A DNA stretch of 40,000 bases from Roseibium sp. TrichSKD4 (GTDB lineage Bacteria > Pseudomonadota > Alphaproteobacteria > Rhizobiales > Stappiaceae), in NCBI RefSeq assembly GCF_000148725.1, contig NZ_GL476316.1, forward strand, positions 4,605 through 44,604, given 5' to 3'. A program made the position numbers and the translations under genes. Positions within the stretch are counted from its first letter, which is position 1, and every line of letters begins with the position of its first letter. The notes beneath the pieces were generated by a model. That model was not told the DNA's origin. It saw only the letters and a program-made list of their open reading frames with translations, and did no database searches. Positions 15,027-24,263 of the stretch are shown in pieces.

Positions 15027-15297
15027 CTGCAACCCGCCTCGCCTCTATCTCGTTGATTTCAGAAGCTAAGTGCATATTGGCTTCAAGGGTCAGCTGGTGC
15101 TTTGCTGTCAGCCTCTCCAATTGGAGTTTCAGGGCGTCAAGCTCGATGCTGGACGCGCAGGCTGTTTTTGCCGCTTCAACTGCCCGGTCAAGACTGATCC
15201 GGTGATAGCCGTAAAGACTGCCTGCACCAGCTATTGCGGCAAGAGCCAGAAAGGCCGTTGCTTTCAGGGAAAGGCCGCCAAGCCACGCCCGGATCAT
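14944..15297 (-). CDS. i-spanin (Rz-like) candidate
   Basis: N-terminal TM LKATAFLALAAIAGAGSLYGY followed by a coiled-coil-like region; ATG 15297 overlaps the lysozyme stop (ATGA). Confidence 0.6.
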   Translation of the reverse strand: MIRAWLGGLSLKATAFLALAAIAGAGSLYGYHRISLDRAVEAAKTACASSIELDALKLQLERLTAKHQLTLEANMHLASEINEIEARRVADEKELEAYETRTVDRVDPDLLERLRNH

Positions 15298-16055
15298 GTG
15301 CCATTCCCCAGACACAAATCACGTTCAGCGCTCCGTCTGACCACCAATCCGCGCCAGACCCGTCCACCGGCCTTGTTCCACCATGTGATGGCATGGCAAG
15401 CGCCCCTGATATCGCCTGAATTCAATCGTCTTGTGGCAGTGCTGCGGCCGATGGCACGGATACCGCAATTAAAGGCAAGGGACGTAAATGCCGCATCCCG
15501 GCTCGGGGGCAGTCGTCGTGACTTGGTTGTCTTGGTGAAATAAGGATGCAGACCGTGGCGGTATTCTGCTACCTCATCGCGCAAAAGCGCAGTGCATTCC
15601 GCATTGGTCTTCACCATGCCAAGCTTCACGCCACGGGTGGACCCGTAACAGATCGTTGGCACACCAACCACGTCCAGATAAGCCCGGTTTCGCTTACCTT
15701 CCTTAGCCGCAATAAACGGAACCGCTATTTTCAAGGTGGCCGCTTCCCGGCTCTCGGCCATCTGCCCGGCAATTCCTTGACCCGATAAAGCCATGGCAAT
15801 GACAAGCGCACCGAGCACCACACCCAAAATACGCAACCATTCTCGCCTTTTAGAGCCATCCTGTTTTACAAACCGGCCAACCATCCCGGCGACAAACAGG
15901 AAAACAGCAAACCACCCGACCAAATAAGGGTTTGTGTCCGCCCCGGTAAATCTGAACACCGCTTCGGGAACAAGCAAAATCAGAAAACCCAGAACTAGTG
16001 TCCAGAAGCTCAAGGACACAGCAAACACACGTTTCCAATCTGCAATAAATTGCAT
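15294..16055 (-). CDS. Endolysin: GH24 (T4-type) lysozyme domain preceded by three predicted TM helices
   Basis: E-x8-D-x5-T catalytic spacing in AAKEGKRNRAYLDVVGVPTICYGST. N-terminal ~100 aa contain hydrophobic spans VFAVSLSFWTLVLGFLILLV, YLVGWFAVFLFVAGMVG and WLRILGVVLGALVIAMAL. Confidence 0.8.
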   Translation of the reverse strand: MQFIADWKRVFAVSLSFWTLVLGFLILLVPEAVFRFTGADTNPYLVGWFAVFLFVAGMVGRFVKQDGSKRREWLRILGVVLGALVIAMALSGQGIAGQMAESREAATLKIAVPFIAAKEGKRNRAYLDVVGVPTICYGSTRGVKLGMVKTNAECTALLRDEVAEYRHGLHPYFTKTTKSRRLPPSRDAAFTSLAFNCGIRAIGRSTATRRLNSGDIRGACHAITWWNKAGGRVWRGLVVRRSAERDLCLGNGT

Positions 16056-16136
16056 GTCATAAACTCCACATTTTCAGGAAAGATCGCCTAAACAGAAAGG
16101 CGAATTACTCACGGCCGGGGCAATCTCATGCACCGG

Positions 16137-19100
16137 TTAGATATTGGCCCCGGTTCCCACCGCTCTAAGGTCGGTGAAATAAGGCCGGGCGGCAGGGCCG
16201 CCGGTAAACTCGATCTTGACCGCTGTGGTCTCCCCAAGGGCTGGCCAGTCAGTCAGATCATAGAGTGCATCAATCCAGCCGCCGACTTCCAAGACCTGAC
16301 CGGATGTATAGGCAAGTTCCACCCATTCTCCTGCCGCATCCCTGACAAACACCTTCGCACTTGCCCCAGATGGCAAAAGCTGTTTGACGCGGACCGGAAC
16401 GCGACTTGATCCCTTGATTTCAAAGGCCCGCGACACGTAGGTCGCCGCCCCCTTTATCCGCCCGGCGACCACTTGGATATCCTGATAGAGCCTTGGGCTT
16501 GCGAAAGTCTCGCCGCGCAAGGTCGCTTGCAGGATTGCCCGGCCGGAACGGTAGCCCCCAAGGTCAACACCGCCTTCCGTGGTCAAGGGAACCACTTGCC
16601 CATCCTCCAAGGTCAGGGAAAACCCTATGGACGTTTCCGCTGTCGGCAGGTCAAAAGCTGCCTGCAACCGAAGATCGGACGCATTGTCCAGATCGACCGG
16701 CCCCAGCGTGACGGTCTTCGTGGTTGTGTTGAACCTTGCGCGGGACACGGAAAATGTCAGATCGCTGTCATGCACGGGTGCCCATGTAGACCCGTTGGAC
16801 GACTCCACTTCCACCCCAACCGTATAGGGTTGCTCCGTTACCCATCTTTGCCGCTCTGCATCAAAACCACCAAGAGCGGCTGCGCGGATTGCATGGCCCG
16901 GATCGCTGGTCAAAATGACAAGAGCCACCCGGTCCGTATCGGAAAAATATGGCAATCGGGCAAAGGTAATCCTGTGCGGGACACCCAAGACAACCGACCC
17001 CATGTTAATGCGCATTTCATCCAGAACAGTATCCAGCGGATAGCCGGTATCATCCACGGGCCGCAATTGAGCCACGCACGGGGTCTCAGGATTGCCGATG
17101 GCACAAAAGGTAACCTCGCCGCCACAGCAATGCCCGGCATTACCGATGCCCCACCTCCAAATCTGGCCACGCGGATCGGTATCGCGTTGTATTTGCCGCA
17201 CCGTTGTCACCGTCTCAAAGATAGTGCGCTGCATGGTCTGGGTGACAATTTCACCACCGCCGACAAAGGTGGCCGTGGCCGTAGACCCACCCGCACCCCG
17301 CGCCGTTACCAGCTTGGTTCCAGCCGTGTACGTGTTTGGAGGAATGACATATGTGTGTTCGATTTCCCCGGCTGCATCGGCCGAAACCCCGGCCGGGGTG
17401 ATGTTCACCCCGTCAAAGGTCAGTTCGGCCAAGTCTTCTCCCCCCCCAAACCCGTCAATGGTCATCGAAACAGGGCGGGAGCGGAGAAACCGGGCAGCTA
17501 CCCGGCGCTGATCCACCATGCGCGTCTCGGCGCGGCGGTTGCTAACCTCTTGGCGCGTCCGGTTTTGCCAACCTCTGACAACCCGCGTTCCCCCATCAAT
17601 TCGACGGGTTTGGTCGGATGCCCATTGGGTTCGGGTTTCAGACCAAAAATCCACATTCGGGCTTAATTGCAGGTCTGCCGGAATGGGCGTTGCATTGGCA
17701 AAACGATTGACGATCTTGCAGACCGTTGCCAAAGGTTGATCTACTGTCTTTTCCCAGACGAAATCCAGCATATGGACCCGGCCCGCGTCCACGTCATGCA
17801 CACGCGTGTCAATCGGCAACATCAAGACACCGTTTGCACAAGCTGCATCTTGCACTGATCCGGGATCACGAAACCGGTCATCGTCAAACGGATCAACGAA
17901 CATGCCATATTTTGCGGCCGGTTCGCTTTGTGTGATCTCCGTTTGCAAGCGGTTCAGCGCCACCAAGTCCGTCAGTTCCCGCACATGCTGAAACAGTGCA
18001 GAAATTTCGTCATAGGGATAGGAAAAGGTGCCGTTGTTGACGATCTCCGGCAGACCATCAAAATCATTATGAACCTCGGCCAGTTTCAGGACCATGGTAG
18101 GGACCGGTGGAACGCTTGGGCGCTCGGCAGATACGCCCGTGATATAAACCACCTCACCAGCGTCATTCAGGCCAACCAGATCAATCCGGGGCAGCTTCGC
18201 GAGATAGGTGACGATGATTTCCCCGCCATCCACGCCCCCCGAAACCGTCAGGCTGCGGGATGTTTGAGCAACCGGCGAAACCGCATCCCGATACCGGATT
18301 TTGGCCTCATATTGCGAACCACCCACTGGCTCAACGCCGCCGGGCAACCAGTCAATCCGGCTTCCCGTCCATGTGTAATCCGTGCCTTGACGATAAACGG
18401 TCTCGCCCTGCCAGACCTCCAAAACCGCAACAACACTGCTTTCAGCAAAGCTATCCGCCCCACCTGCACTGGCTCCGCGTGTAATCTGGTCGGTCATTTC
18501 CTTTTCGACCAAGACTTGCACAACGCTATCAAGCGGTGCGCGAGCCAAAGTGATTTCGCAAAGGCCGCCATCTTGATCGGTAAATGTATGACTTTCACCA
18601 TCTACCTGTACCGTATTCCAGTGCTGCGGAACCACATCACGCAAGGCTGTTTTGCGGGTGTATTTATAGCCATAAATATTGGCTGCACCTGCACCGATAT
18701 CCAAGACAAGCGCCCCGTCCGGGTCAAACCCGATTGCCGTAACACTGCAACCATCGGCAATATAATTGCCATTCGCCTGCCGATCATAGTCGGCCAAGAG
18801 CGCATTGGTGGTACTCAGCCGAACCGGGTCCGACGTATCCAGAGGACGGCCATCTTGCAGACGGTATACGGCATAAAGCGCGCCTTCCTGTCCGTCGCCA
18901 TCAAAACCCCAAGACACGTATTCAACCGTGCGCCACGCCCCGTCCTCACCTTCTGCCGGTGTTCCCGGTTCCAAACCTTTCAGGGTGTCATCATCTTCCG
19001 GGCTGATCAGTTCGGTGACCAAGCGCACACCTATGTCGATAGTGCCTTGCATCGGTACATTTTCAAGAACAGCTGCCAAGACCGGGCGCACGTCGCCAGC

Positions 19101-19358
19101 GGCATAAATAGCGCCCGCTTCCAGCTGTACCCGGCCGGTTTCAAGGTCCACCTGAATGCCGCCACCACTTTGCCGGTCACCATCGGCGGCAGACAAACGG
19201 GCAATCCGGCCATGCTTCGCATTTTGAATGAATTGCAATTCATTTAGTTCTGCGCCTTGCAAATAGTTCTTTTCAACAAAGACAAGGCCAGTGTCATTCG
19301 GGCGAAACGGGCCACGATTATACGCGCCCGGAACACCCGGAACGGAAAAGTCAGTCAT
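16137..19358 (-). CDS. Large tail fibre / host-recognition protein in the P2 gpH position (possibly DUF4815-type)
   Basis: 1073 aa directly after the gpI-like gene; ATG 19358 with GGAG SD; beta-rich, Gly/Thr/Val-rich composition. The family assignment is only a vague recollection. Confidence 0.55.
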   Translation of the reverse strand: MTDFSVPGVPGAYNRGPFRPNDTGLVFVEKNYLQGAELNELQFIQNAKHGRIARLSAADGDRQSGGGIQVDLETGRVQLEAGAIYAAGDVRPVLAAVLENVPMQGTIDIGVRLVTELISPEDDDTLKGLEPGTPAEGEDGAWRTVEYVSWGFDGDGQEGALYAVYRLQDGRPLDTSDPVRLSTTNALLADYDRQANGNYIADGCSVTAIGFDPDGALVLDIGAGAANIYGYKYTRKTALRDVVPQHWNTVQVDGESHTFTDQDGGLCEITLARAPLDSVVQVLVEKEMTDQITRGASAGGADSFAESSVVAVLEVWQGETVYRQGTDYTWTGSRIDWLPGGVEPVGGSQYEAKIRYRDAVSPVAQTSRSLTVSGGVDGGEIIVTYLAKLPRIDLVGLNDAGEVVYITGVSAERPSVPPVPTMVLKLAEVHNDFDGLPEIVNNGTFSYPYDEISALFQHVRELTDLVALNRLQTEITQSEPAAKYGMFVDPFDDDRFRDPGSVQDAACANGVLMLPIDTRVHDVDAGRVHMLDFVWEKTVDQPLATVCKIVNRFANATPIPADLQLSPNVDFWSETRTQWASDQTRRIDGGTRVVRGWQNRTRQEVSNRRAETRMVDQRRVAARFLRSRPVSMTIDGFGGGEDLAELTFDGVNITPAGVSADAAGEIEHTYVIPPNTYTAGTKLVTARGAGGSTATATFVGGGEIVTQTMQRTIFETVTTVRQIQRDTDPRGQIWRWGIGNAGHCCGGEVTFCAIGNPETPCVAQLRPVDDTGYPLDTVLDEMRINMGSVVLGVPHRITFARLPYFSDTDRVALVILTSDPGHAIRAAALGGFDAERQRWVTEQPYTVGVEVESSNGSTWAPVHDSDLTFSVSRARFNTTTKTVTLGPVDLDNASDLRLQAAFDLPTAETSIGFSLTLEDGQVVPLTTEGGVDLGGYRSGRAILQATLRGETFASPRLYQDIQVVAGRIKGAATYVSRAFEIKGSSRVPVRVKQLLPSGASAKVFVRDAAGEWVELAYTSGQVLEVGGWIDALYDLTDWPALGETTAVKIEFTGGPAARPYFTDLRAVGTGANI

Positions 19359-19411
19359 TTTGGAAACTCCGAGAAAACGGGTGCGCAAAGCACGGCTATC
19401 CCGTTAAAAAA

Positions 19412-20533
19412 TCAGACGAAGCGGATCGCCCATTTCACGCGCTCGCGGGTCGCGTCATCCAGATCAATTCCCAAGACCTGAACACCTACCGGCGGGAAAG
19501 GGGCCTCAATTTCTTCCGGCTCCAACCAGTTACGCGCTTGTGGCAAGCCTGCGCGGGGGCGCGCTTCAAAGAGAAGTCCGACGGTTGCCGCGTGGCGGCC
19601 TGCCCCGTTTCCAAACCCGGTCATTGCTTCGACATAAACCAATTTGCCGGTTTTGGCTGGCTCATAACCTGTGCCGTCAACCTCATAAGGAAAAGACGAT
19701 CCTAATGCCGGGTGAACCACTGCGGCCGCCTTCATCCGCCGCGCGCCAATCATCTGGCCGGACCTGTCATAAAAGGCGGCATAGCCATGCATCCCAACCA
19801 GAGTTTTTGCCATGACTGTCGCCCCATTGCCTGCATCCAGTTCGGCCCAGCTCATGCCGATATCCTTTGAAGGCAATTTCAGGTCGATCCAGCGCGCATT
19901 CCCGGTCGGAGCAAGCCAGATATCCAAAGGGGCAAGCTCTGTTTCGGTCAGCTCAATGGGAAATTCATGGGTACGCCCCAAACTCCAAAGCGGGTTGGAC
20001 CCGGATACTTTCGCCCCGGAATGAGCCGAATAAAGCGCGCTACCCCAACGCGAATAGGAAAACTCCCCCGCACGCACGTCATGACCGTGAAACACCCGCT
20101 CAAGATCATTGCGAAAAGGATCAGAGGCTTCCGCAATCCGGCTTATTTTCCCCAGATTAGCAAGAGCAGGCCGATCATCAAGACCGATTTGCCAACCGTT
20201 CCAATAGCGCCGCCGGGTCGGGTTGATTTCCAGCCTGCCGCTTGCTCCGGCAAAGGCAAGCCCGGTGTGGATTGCCCGCACCAGCCCATGCACCCGCTGC
20301 CAGCGAATACCTTCATGAAAGAGTGCGGCCAGATCGTCAAAATAGGGTCGCAAAATATCAAGTTTTGCTTCACTGATCATTGCGTCCAGCAATTCAGGTC
20401 CGGGGTCTGTCCACTTCTCGCCAATGGCGTCAATAGCCGGGTGCAGCTTGTCGGATCGCCTCTTTGCCGCTGTCAGGTCAAGGGCTTTATCTACGGCCGT
20501 TGCACTGCGCGGGGGCAAGAGGCTTTCAACCAT
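19412..20533 (-). CDS. Baseplate/tail protein, P2 gpI-like N-terminus with long C-terminal extension
   Basis: N-terminal LLPPRSATAVDKALDL.. matches the gpI-family opening (LLPPNS..ERAL); follows gpJ with a 1-nt gap. Confidence 0.65.
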   Translation of the reverse strand: MVESLLPPRSATAVDKALDLTAAKRRSDKLHPAIDAIGEKWTDPGPELLDAMISEAKLDILRPYFDDLAALFHEGIRWQRVHGLVRAIHTGLAFAGASGRLEINPTRRRYWNGWQIGLDDRPALANLGKISRIAEASDPFRNDLERVFHGHDVRAGEFSYSRWGSALYSAHSGAKVSGSNPLWSLGRTHEFPIELTETELAPLDIWLAPTGNARWIDLKLPSKDIGMSWAELDAGNGATVMAKTLVGMHGYAAFYDRSGQMIGARRMKAAAVVHPALGSSFPYEVDGTGYEPAKTGKLVYVEAMTGFGNGAGRHAATVGLLFEARPRAGLPQARNWLEPEEIEAPFPPVGVQVLGIDLDDATRERVKWAIRFV

Positions 20534-20534
20534 G

Positions 20535-21365
20535 TCAGACCCTTTCTATCGTGACTTTCAGGTCACTGATTTCAATGGCTTCATTGGGACTTGCTTCAAT
20601 CCCGTCCAACGGGGTCACAAGCCGGGCGTCCATAAGCCCCGCCACAGACATGGCCGTGGCAACGATCCATCCCGGTGTCAGGGATTTACCCAGAAGATCG
20701 GATGCAACCCACTTCTCCAAAATGATCGCCCGCAAGGTCTCTGAAATTTCAGCCGGCACATTTTGAGAAACGCGGGCCAAAAGATGAACCGCGCCGGATT
20801 TGCGCACTGCCGACATAACATTGAACCGGTCAGAAAGGACTGTTTCCGATCCCGGTCCCAGATCGTCCAGTTTGCTCCGCACCTGCCCCAAAAGTTCAGG
20901 AGATGCATCGCCAGAGCCGATTGCGGAAAGGACCGCGACATTAATGGTCGGGTCTCGGCCCTCACGCCAGATTACCACGTCGCGCACGTCAAGGCTTATT
21001 CCCATGACAAGCGCCTTGTAAGCGTCAAGCGGACCGCCCCCGGAACGCCCGGAAATCTCCAGTTTTACACGGGCCTGAAACCGGTCATCATCCTCGCCGG
21101 GCAGGCGCACCGCATCATAGAATTTACCAAGTGCATCCAGAGGTGCGCCATTTGAATAATCAATCAGATAAGACCGCCAAACCGTATTCGTACGGGCAAT
21201 ATCATGATATTCGCGCATGGCGAGCGCCTGATTTGCCTTTGCTTCCGGGGTGCTGTCCAGATGCCGCACCTCTTCAAATTCAGGCCGAAACCCCACGTAA
21301 TCATCCATGATTTCCTGAAACAAAGTCTCCGGGTCTTTCTCCGGGATGATTTCAAGCTTGCCCAT
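20535..21365 (-). CDS. Baseplate protein J (P2 gpJ-like)
   Basis: 276 aa; position between the W-like and I-like genes; pattern consistent with the Baseplate_J family. Confidence 0.75.
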   Translation of the reverse strand: MGKLEIIPEKDPETLFQEIMDDYVGFRPEFEEVRHLDSTPEAKANQALAMREYHDIARTNTVWRSYLIDYSNGAPLDALGKFYDAVRLPGEDDDRFQARVKLEISGRSGGGPLDAYKALVMGISLDVRDVVIWREGRDPTINVAVLSAIGSGDASPELLGQVRSKLDDLGPGSETVLSDRFNVMSAVRKSGAVHLLARVSQNVPAEISETLRAIILEKWVASDLLGKSLTPGWIVATAMSVAGLMDARLVTPLDGIEASPNEAIEISDLKVTIERV

Positions 21366-21744
21366 TCATCGCCTCCACCAGCTCGATAGTGAATTGTTCC
21401 TGAGTTGCGCTTGTCCTGTCGCCCAGATGACCGCGTGGGTAGTAGATCGCAACGATCTGGACGGCCAGCCGCCCGCTTATTGGGTCATAATCCACCAGTA
21501 CACGCTCGACCCCCAAGCGCGGCTCCTGCCGCTCTATGGCGTCTATGACTTCCATCTGAATATCCATGATCAGGGACGGCGTTATCGGCCGATCAATCAT
21601 GTCAGGGATGCGGCTACCATAGGACCGGCGCAAAACGCGAGACCCGATGGGGGTCAGCAATATGTCCCGCACAGACTGGATCACATGGGCAAGGCCCGTT
21701 ATGTCCGTGCCCGTCTTGCCATTGATGCCCTGATAGGTCATCAA
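21352..21744 (-). CDS. Baseplate wedge protein, GPW/gp25 family
   Basis: HVIQSVRDILLTPIGSRVLRRSYGSRIPDMID matches the gp25/GPW signature (..QSI.DIL.TP.GSR..R..YGS). Confidence 0.8.
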   Translation of the reverse strand: MMTYQGINGKTGTDITGLAHVIQSVRDILLTPIGSRVLRRSYGSRIPDMIDRPITPSLIMDIQMEVIDAIERQEPRLGVERVLVDYDPISGRLAVQIVAIYYPRGHLGDRTSATQEQFTIELVEAMNGQA

Positions 21745-22349
21745 ACCGGCCCCTTGGACAACCCATTACCGGGCACAACGCCAGTGTGCCGGTGGGTGTT
21801 GCCCACAAACTTACCCTTATGGTGGAACCGCCCGCCAAGACCATCCAGACCGCCGGTGACCTTCACATCACCATCCAAGGTGATCTTTGCCACTTTCAGG
21901 GTAGCTTCCTGATCCGTCAGTGTGAGTGCCCCGTCCCCGACGGAAACATTCAAGGTCAGGCCAGCCGGGGCCTTGACCGTCAGTGCCTTGGCCTCACTGT
22001 CATGCTCAATTACGGTACCATCTTCATAAATGGTTTTGGTCGCACTGCCCCGATCACTGACATGACCGCGCTCATTGGTCGGCAAAGACCCCATTATGAC
22101 GGCCTGTGACATATCCCCGGACGGGCTGACGGCTAGGACTTGTTCCCCCTTATGACGCGGTTCATGCGTCCTGACCCCACCGGCCCGATTTTGCAGCAAA
22201 GGCAACCAGTCGCTTTCCAGCTCACCTGATTTAAGGCGATACCGGTTGCTCTTGTAATCCACCTCAGAAACCGTTCCGATAAACACCATCTGGGCAATCC
22301 GGCCTTCAGCTTCATTAATCCGGGCGGGTATGTCACTCGTTCCATTCAT
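21741..22349 (-). CDS. Baseplate assembly protein V / spike (P2 gpV-like)
   Basis: DWLPLLQNRAGGVRTHEPRHKGEQVLAVSPSGD and C-terminal GNTHRHTG parallel P2 gpV (DWLQWLTHRAG..W.P.VGEQVL.., HTHKHPG). Start trimmed to ATG 22349. Confidence 0.8.
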   Translation of the reverse strand: MNGTSDIPARINEAEGRIAQMVFIGTVSEVDYKSNRYRLKSGELESDWLPLLQNRAGGVRTHEPRHKGEQVLAVSPSGDMSQAVIMGSLPTNERGHVSDRGSATKTIYEDGTVIEHDSEAKALTVKAPAGLTLNVSVGDGALTLTDQEATLKVAKITLDGDVKVTGGLDGLGGRFHHKGKFVGNTHRHTGVVPGNGLSKGPV

Positions 22350-22815
22350 GGTCCCAGCCCTCCGTTTCGCTCGTGTATTCGACCCGGTAGTCCAGTCTTG
22401 CGAAGTGAGCAACACGATCACCACCATCGTCGCCGTCGAATACGACCTGTTCCAAAATAGCTGCGCTGACGATATCGCCCGGCAAAGTCAGGTTGCGGTC
22501 AATCAGGGTTTCGATTTCCTGCGCAAGTTCGTCTATCTGTTCTTCTGACTTGTCGCCAAAACCATGCAACTCAATGGCAAGAGTCGCTTCCCGGTCCTTT
22601 GGTCCGGGTGAATTGGCCGGGGTGGTAATCTTGTCGCCCTCAATATAGATCAGCGCCGCCGGATAAATGTCCGCGTCCTTACGGGGCTGAACTTTCACAT
22701 AGCTGCTTGCCTCGATCATTTTCAGCCCGGCAATCGCCGGATAATCTTTTGGGGTATCCTTGGCCGTCTTCAAAAGGTCCACCAGACCGGTCCGTATATC
22801 CTTGCGACTGGTCAT
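22333..22815 (-). CDS. Tail terminator-type protein resembling lambda gpU
   Basis: DIRTGLVDLL.., YPAALIYIEG.., ATLAIELHGF and ARLDYRVEY parallel lambda gpU blocks (ELRAAVLDAL, FPAVAVYLTG, AELHIEVF, ADLTYVITY). Confidence 0.55.
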   Translation of the reverse strand: MTSRKDIRTGLVDLLKTAKDTPKDYPAIAGLKMIEASSYVKVQPRKDADIYPAALIYIEGDKITTPANSPGPKDREATLAIELHGFGDKSEEQIDELAQEIETLIDRNLTLPGDIVSAAILEQVVFDGDDGGDRVAHFARLDYRVEYTSETEGWDHEWNE

Positions 22816-22819
22816 GGCT

Positions 22820-23140
22820 CTATCCTGTCCTGTGCAATGTCAGCTTGACGCTGGTATCCGTTGCGGGCAACTCGCCCATGGCCTTGTATTCCCGGCCCCG
22901 GATCAAAAAGGTATCGCCTACATCCGGTTCGGTCGGCAGAACACCCTTGGAGATTTCAACAACGGGGCGAAAGATCGCGGTTTCAACCTCGCCCTGATTA
23001 AGCGTTTCGTGAAGTTCGGTGAATATGCCGGTGACTGTTTGGGTCCACTCACCAGACACATGCCGGACCGTGACCGGCTCCCCGCGCAAGCGCATGGCAG
23101 CCGCCACGACCCGCCGGGAAAGCCGGTCAAAGGCCGTCAT
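22820..23140 (-). CDS. Head-tail joining / head completion protein
   Basis: Track ORF trimmed to ATG 23140 (TGATATG junction with the capsid gene); 106 aa; pattern G.PVTV.....G...V.GIF..., GD.F.I.G..Y typical of head-tail joining proteins. Confidence 0.5.
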   Translation of the reverse strand: MTAFDRLSRRVVAAAMRLRGEPVTVRHVSGEWTQTVTGIFTELHETLNQGEVETAIFRPVVEISKGVLPTEPDVGDTFLIRGREYKAMGELPATDTSVKLTLHRTG

Positions 23141-23141
23141 A

Positions 23142-24215
23142 TCAAGCCCCGACCTTACCGGTTTGCAGCGCGCCCGTTTGCAGCGCGCCCGGCAGGGCGC
23201 ACAAGTGCAAGGGGTAAGAATATAATTCCAGTTCGACGAACAGCTTGCGGTCAGTATCCGGCACAATCAGCGGGTAATCTTCCCGGCCTGTCGTGTTGAT
23301 GTTTTCAAGGTCGGGGTGCGGGGCAACCGCCTTTTTGAAAGCCCCTTCCACATTGCGCGGCAGGAAACGAGCCTTGTTCGTCGGGATGCCTACCTTGCCT
23401 TCTTCATCGTCTGTATAATCGTCCTGTCCCCGGTAGTTGACCCAATCAATGCCCTTATACCGGAACGTATCAAAGACCCCGGTTTCCTCGCTATTGGCCG
23501 CAAGCCCCTTGCGCAAACCGGTAGCAGCCTCCCAATTGAGATAGCTTTCCTTGACCCCCTTGTGACCTGTCAGTTTGTCCCAAAACTCATCTCCGCACAG
23601 GGCCAAGACAGAAGATGCGGAAGTCCAATTGCCTTTACAGCCCTTTTGAACAGCTCGGACCACCGCATTACACGGGGCGGTCAAATCTGCCTTGGTAAAA
23701 TCAAACTGGATTTCGGCAGGCTTTTCGATGCCGAACTTTTTGTAAAAATCATAGATGACCGATCCATCCGCATCGAGAAGCACCCCTTGGGCGGCCCCCA
23801 TCCGATGAAATTCCTTGGTCAAAGCCATCCGGCGGCGCAGCTTGGCAAAGCGTTTCAGGATTTCCTTTTGCATCTGTTCCAAAACGGTGATTTCACCAGT
23901 TTCACGAATGCCGTCCAGCTCAATGGCCTTGACCTGATCCGAAACAGACAGACCCGGAACCGCAAATAACTCCGCAGTCCGTTTACCGCTTTTGCCCGTT
24001 CGCTTGGCCGGTGTGCCGCGTTCGCTGGTCTGGATAATTGCCAAGTTGCCATCTTTGTCCACGTCAACGGATGCAATGCCCGTGCGGATGTAATCCGTAT
24101 CAAAGGTCATGGCCTTTTCCAGAAAATGCGGCATATAGGCCACCTCATTAACCGGCTTGATCATGGACGCCATGGAAAAGGCATCATCAGAAAGAAGGTT
24201 GAAAATCTCACTCAT
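23142..24215 (-). CDS. Major capsid protein, lambda gpE-like family
   Basis: 357 aa; follows the decoration protein as in lambda D-E; C-terminal ..LELYSYPLH.. block recalled from gpE-family capsids. Confidence 0.8.
   Translation of the reverse strand: MSEIFNLLSDDAFSMASMIKPVNEVAYMPHFLEKAMTFDTDYIRTGIASVDVDKDGNLAIIQTSERGTPAKRTGKSGKRTAELFAVPGLSVSDQVKAIELDGIRETGEITVLEQMQKEILKRFAKLRRRMALTKEFHRMGAAQGVLLDADGSVIYDFYKKFGIEKPAEIQFDFTKADLTAPCNAVVRAVQKGCKGNWTSASSVLALCGDEFWDKLTGHKGVKESYLNWEAATGLRKGLAANSEETGVFDTFRYKGIDWVNYRGQDDYTDDEEGKVGIPTNKARFLPRNVEGAFKKAVAPHPDLENINTTGREDYPLIVPDTDRKLFVELELYSYPLHLCALPGALQTGALQTGKVGA
23161..23190. repeat. Perfect 15-bp tandem duplication GTTTGCAGCGCGCCC x2 within the last codons of the capsid gene
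   Basis: Read directly; gives an in-frame GALQT GALQT at the protein C-terminus. Confidence 0.9.
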
Positions 24216-24263
24216 GGGAGAACCTCGAAATTTTGAGAAAGTTAGGGGAAATGCGGGCGCGAC

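Noticed and set aside
16473-19247. Very long plus-strand ORFs (16473-17666, 397 aa; 17928-19247, 439 aa) antisense to the 1073-aa gene
   Set aside because: These are shadow ORFs typical of GC-rich DNA. Their translations are Arg/Pro/Gly/Cys-rich low-complexity strings without motifs or ribosome-binding sites, while the opposite strand encodes a coherent protein in operon context.
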